Positions 58,607 to 61,389 of a DNA stretch of 61,389 nucleotides are shown piece after piece. The notes below the pieces were generated by a model. The model made no database searches, was not told the origin of the DNA, and saw only the letters and a list, made by a program, of their open reading frames with translations. The stretch lies in NCBI GenBank assembly GCA_900128395.1, contig LT649249.1:1-61389 (forward strand), in the 5' to 3' direction. A program made the translations under genes and the position numbers. This DNA is from Stramenopiles sp. TOSAG23-2 (Eukaryota). How positions within the stretch are numbered: position 1 is the first letter of the stretch; every line of letters begins with the position of its first letter.

Positions 58607-58757
58607 AATTTCTTTATAAAGAAAACAGTCACTACCATTGTCGATAATAACAGTATTATTATATATATCTCTCTAAAAAGAGATATAAAAAATATAAAAA
58701 CGATTTGATAAGATGCATTCATATCATATGATGTGTATAAATCAAATCACAGACACA

Positions 58758-58808
58758 ATGACGTCTTTTATTACGAAAGATAACAAAAAAACGTAATAAG
58801 AGACTGAG
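58758..58808 (+). promoter_or_regulatory. Eukaryotic SECIS element (3' UTR)
   Basis: ATGAC + 13-bp stem GTCTTTTATTACG (58763-58775) / CGTAATAAGAGAC (58792-58804) with one G-U pair + AAA at the 5' side of the loop + TGAG; matches the AUGA..AA..GA SECIS consensus. Confidence 0.85.
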
Positions 58809-58888
58809 AAAGTTTTTATAAAAAATATTCTAAAAATTGCTATGTTGCCTATATATTATATATATATATATGTAAAAAAATATATGTT

Positions 58889-59524
58889 TTAATTTTTAGT
58901 ATTTAATGTAGACCCTTCGGTATATCCAAAATGTTCCATATTTTTCGTCGTAACATTCAATGTCACTTTTACAATCCCATGTGATTTCACTCTTGTTACT
59001 TCACGATCATTATTACGTGCTGCAAATTTTGTATCTCTAAATTCAGCTGGAGCACTTAATAACCAACCTAAAAATTCTTGAAGTGGTGATGAGGCAATCG
59101 GTGCAAACATATGGACATACCTAGTATATTTACCGGCACGCGTCGGCAATAAGACTGCTCCGTAACCTACACAATTTCCTTTTTTATTATCTTGAACTGT
59201 TAAAACTAAACGTGGCCAACCATATGCATTTGTTGTTGAAAATGTGGCGGCTATTGGAAAATTCCATACAACGGTTGCACCAGATTTCCTGGAATGATCA
59301 TTAATGGAATATTGACTATCATTTGTTGCTAATGCTGGACCTTCTTGTATCCTCCAATCAGGGCCATATGAGAAATCATATGTACATGCCAATGGCTCTT
59401 CGCCACGAAACGAACCACTTTGTACTTGCCCCGTTACATGCAAATATATATTTTTTGGTCCTTTTGGTTGTAATTTCTCAGCACTTAATCGTAATCGTTG
59501 CCTTGCTATAATATCTTGCGCCAT
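58889..59524 (-). CDS. B9D1: B9 domain-containing protein 1 (ciliary transition zone, MKS module)
   Basis: GQVQSG, YGPDW, VWNFPI.ATF.TTNAYGWPRLVL, GYGAV, REVTRVKSHG, NVTTKNM..FGY match B9D1 rather than B9D2. Confidence 0.9.
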   Translation of the reverse strand: MAQDIIARQRLRLSAEKLQPKGPKNIYLHVTGQVQSGSFRGEEPLACTYDFSYGPDWRIQEGPALATNDSQYSINDHSRKSGATVVWNFPIAATFSTTNAYGWPRLVLTVQDNKKGNCVGYGAVLLPTRAGKYTRYVHMFAPIASSPLQEFLGWLLSAPAEFRDTKFAARNNDREVTRVKSHGIVKVTLNVTTKNMEHFGYTEGSTLNTKN

Positions 59525-59707
59525 GGTATATATATATATATATCTACCTAAAAAAAATTATTATCTATATATCTATCTATATATATATATATATATAATT
59601 AATCGTTGCCTTGCTATAATATCTTGCGCCATGGTATATATATATATATATCTACCTAAAAAAAATTATTATCTATATATCTATCTATATATATATATAT
59701 ATATAAT
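59492..59707. repeat. Exact tandem duplication, 108-bp unit
   Basis: Spans the B9D1 start codon. Confidence 0.95.
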
Positions 59708-60535
59708 GAAATAGAGAAGAAGAAGAATGCACTATTATTATTAAATCTACTATTATTACTTCACTCGTACTGGTTGTTTCCATCAATCACATCCTTTATT
59801 GTGTTTACTCTTAAATATATATATTTGCAATGTGATCGGTCCTTATCAAGTAGAAATATTACACATATGATATCCGTATGGATACTGACAATCACACTGA
59901 CAATAGTACTATTATTTAAATTATCCATACGAATATAATATTGTCAATACGGTGTAGTTAGTTATCTAGAATATAATAGAGTGATTCAAAATAATAACGG
60001 CGTGATTATATTTATCGCTAAGAAATCCAATTTCTGTTGGTAAAACTTTTTGATATAGGTGTTTTTGTAAGTATAAGTATTAATATTCTTAGGTTACAAT
60101 ATGTAATTTATTTTATACTTGCACCTTATACTTTTTTATGCCTACATATATGAAAAAATGAACTCCCAGAACTCACGATAACATATAAATATACTGCATC
60201 GTAAAAATATTAAATGACTGAAATATCAATAATAGTATAATACATAATTATAAATATCCGATTTAGTGTGAATAATGAGATTTTCAATTCTTCATTAAAA
60301 AAAACATAGAATTTTCATTTTTTTAACCATTTTCAAAAATAGAAAAGTGTGTGTAGGTACAACATACATTTATTGTTGTTACTAGTCAATTTGTACTCTC
60401 TTGTTTAATCAACAATTTGTACCTTTTTTTTTAGTTTCTTGATTGATTGATTGATTTGTTTGAAAGCAGATAAATTGAAAACATATTATAGTCTTAAAAG
60501 TTGGTAGTACAAATACAAACATTTGTTGTTGTTAC

Positions 60536-60821
60536 TAGTCAATTTGTACTTTCTTGTATATTAATTGATTGATTTGTTTGAAAGAAAAGACAAATAGAAA
60601 ACATATAGTTTTACTTTTGTAAAAAGTAGCCTATATATATCGTATATTGATATATATATATATTATTTATTATTTTGTTAGTCAATTTGTACTTTCTTGT
60701 ATATTAATTGATTGATTTGTTTGAAAGAAAAGACAAATAGAAAACATATAGTTTTACTTTTGTAAAAAGTAGCCTATATATATCGTATATTGATATATAT
60801 ATATATTATTTATTATTTTGT
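60536..60821. repeat. Exact tandem duplication, 143-bp unit
   Basis: tagtcaatttgtactttc...tattttgt twice; a diverged related segment lies at ~60365-60495. Confidence 0.9.
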
Positions 60822-60854
60822 ATATTATACGGTTATTATCTTTTAAAATCAAAA

Positions 60855-61379
60855 ATGGGTGCGGAACATATTGCACATTATTTTGTACCAGCAAGGTTTA
60901 TATGTTTACTTTTACATTTGTTTGGTTTATTTACGTTGATCACACCAAATGGTAAAAAGAATAGTATAGAAGCCACAATATATCCGCCGAAATTCGATCC
61001 GGATAATACAGAGTATTTGAAACAGTTCAATGCTGCATCCAATGCGTTTGATTCTGCATTAGCATGGGCAATAACATTTTGTCTATTCGAATTATTAAGT
61101 ATGACAGCAGGATTTGTTTCTATTTCGAGTCCGTTGTTATCTTGTTTCAGTGTCGTTGTACATGGCCTTGGAACAGTATTATTATTTTTTACAGTATTTG
61201 ATGGATGGGCTTACACAGCGTTTAATAATTTCATCTTCTGGGTTACGAGTTTCTTACCATTTATAGTAGAAGTTTTATTAGATTGTATTATCTTTCGTGA
61301 TAATGTTAGACGGTTATTCATTAAATGTTATGACTTATGTGCACCACTTGTGAAAAAAGCTTTTCCAAAAAGGGATTGA
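60855..61379 (+). CDS. TMEM107: Transmembrane protein 107 (ciliary transition zone)
   Basis: VPARFICLLLHL N-terminal motif, four hydrophobic helices, H..G.V.L.F..FD.W and LPF.VE patterns. Confidence 0.8.
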   Translation: MGAEHIAHYFVPARFICLLLHLFGLFTLITPNGKKNSIEATIYPPKFDPDNTEYLKQFNAASNAFDSALAWAITFCLFELLSMTAGFVSISSPLLSCFSVVVHGLGTVLLFFTVFDGWAYTAFNNFIFWVTSFLPFIVEVLLDCIIFRDNVRRLFIKCYDLCAPLVKKAFPKRD

Positions 61380-61389
61380 AATTATATAT

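Noticed and set aside
60378-60545. RFX X-box-like gttactagtcaat between the ciliary genes
   Set aside because: Imperfect match lying inside a local repeat, and no evidence for RFX in this lineage

Overview
AT-rich, gene-dense and apparently intronless nuclear DNA from a flagellated protist; a stramenopile-like lineage is an inference from gene content and style only. About 25 CDSs are present. They include ciliary genes (KAP3/KIFAP3, B9D1, TMEM107), a cyclic-nucleotide-dependent kinase, a GDA1/CD39 apyrase, GPAT, RRP7, a CLC-7-like channel, an SGNH/PC-esterase, an EF-hand protein, UPF1, RPC1, PAP2, a GH3 beta-glucosidase and COMMD6. Main observations: (1) a hidden selenoprotein, a SelK-like membrane protein with an in-frame TGA at 58583 and a canonical SECIS hairpin at 58758-58808; (2) 20 exact 75-171 bp tandem duplications between 22.6 and 60.8 kb, clustered at gene ends and frameshifting RPC1, GH3, the EF-hand gene and the selenoprotein, most likely assembly artefacts but testable; (3) a secreted repeat-plus-lipase protein inside a ~4.3 kb cassette bounded by degenerate inverted repeats; (4) a secreted, extremely cationic glycine-zipper protein with 18-aa repeats; (5) a MITE-like foldback at 30.6-30.9 kb.
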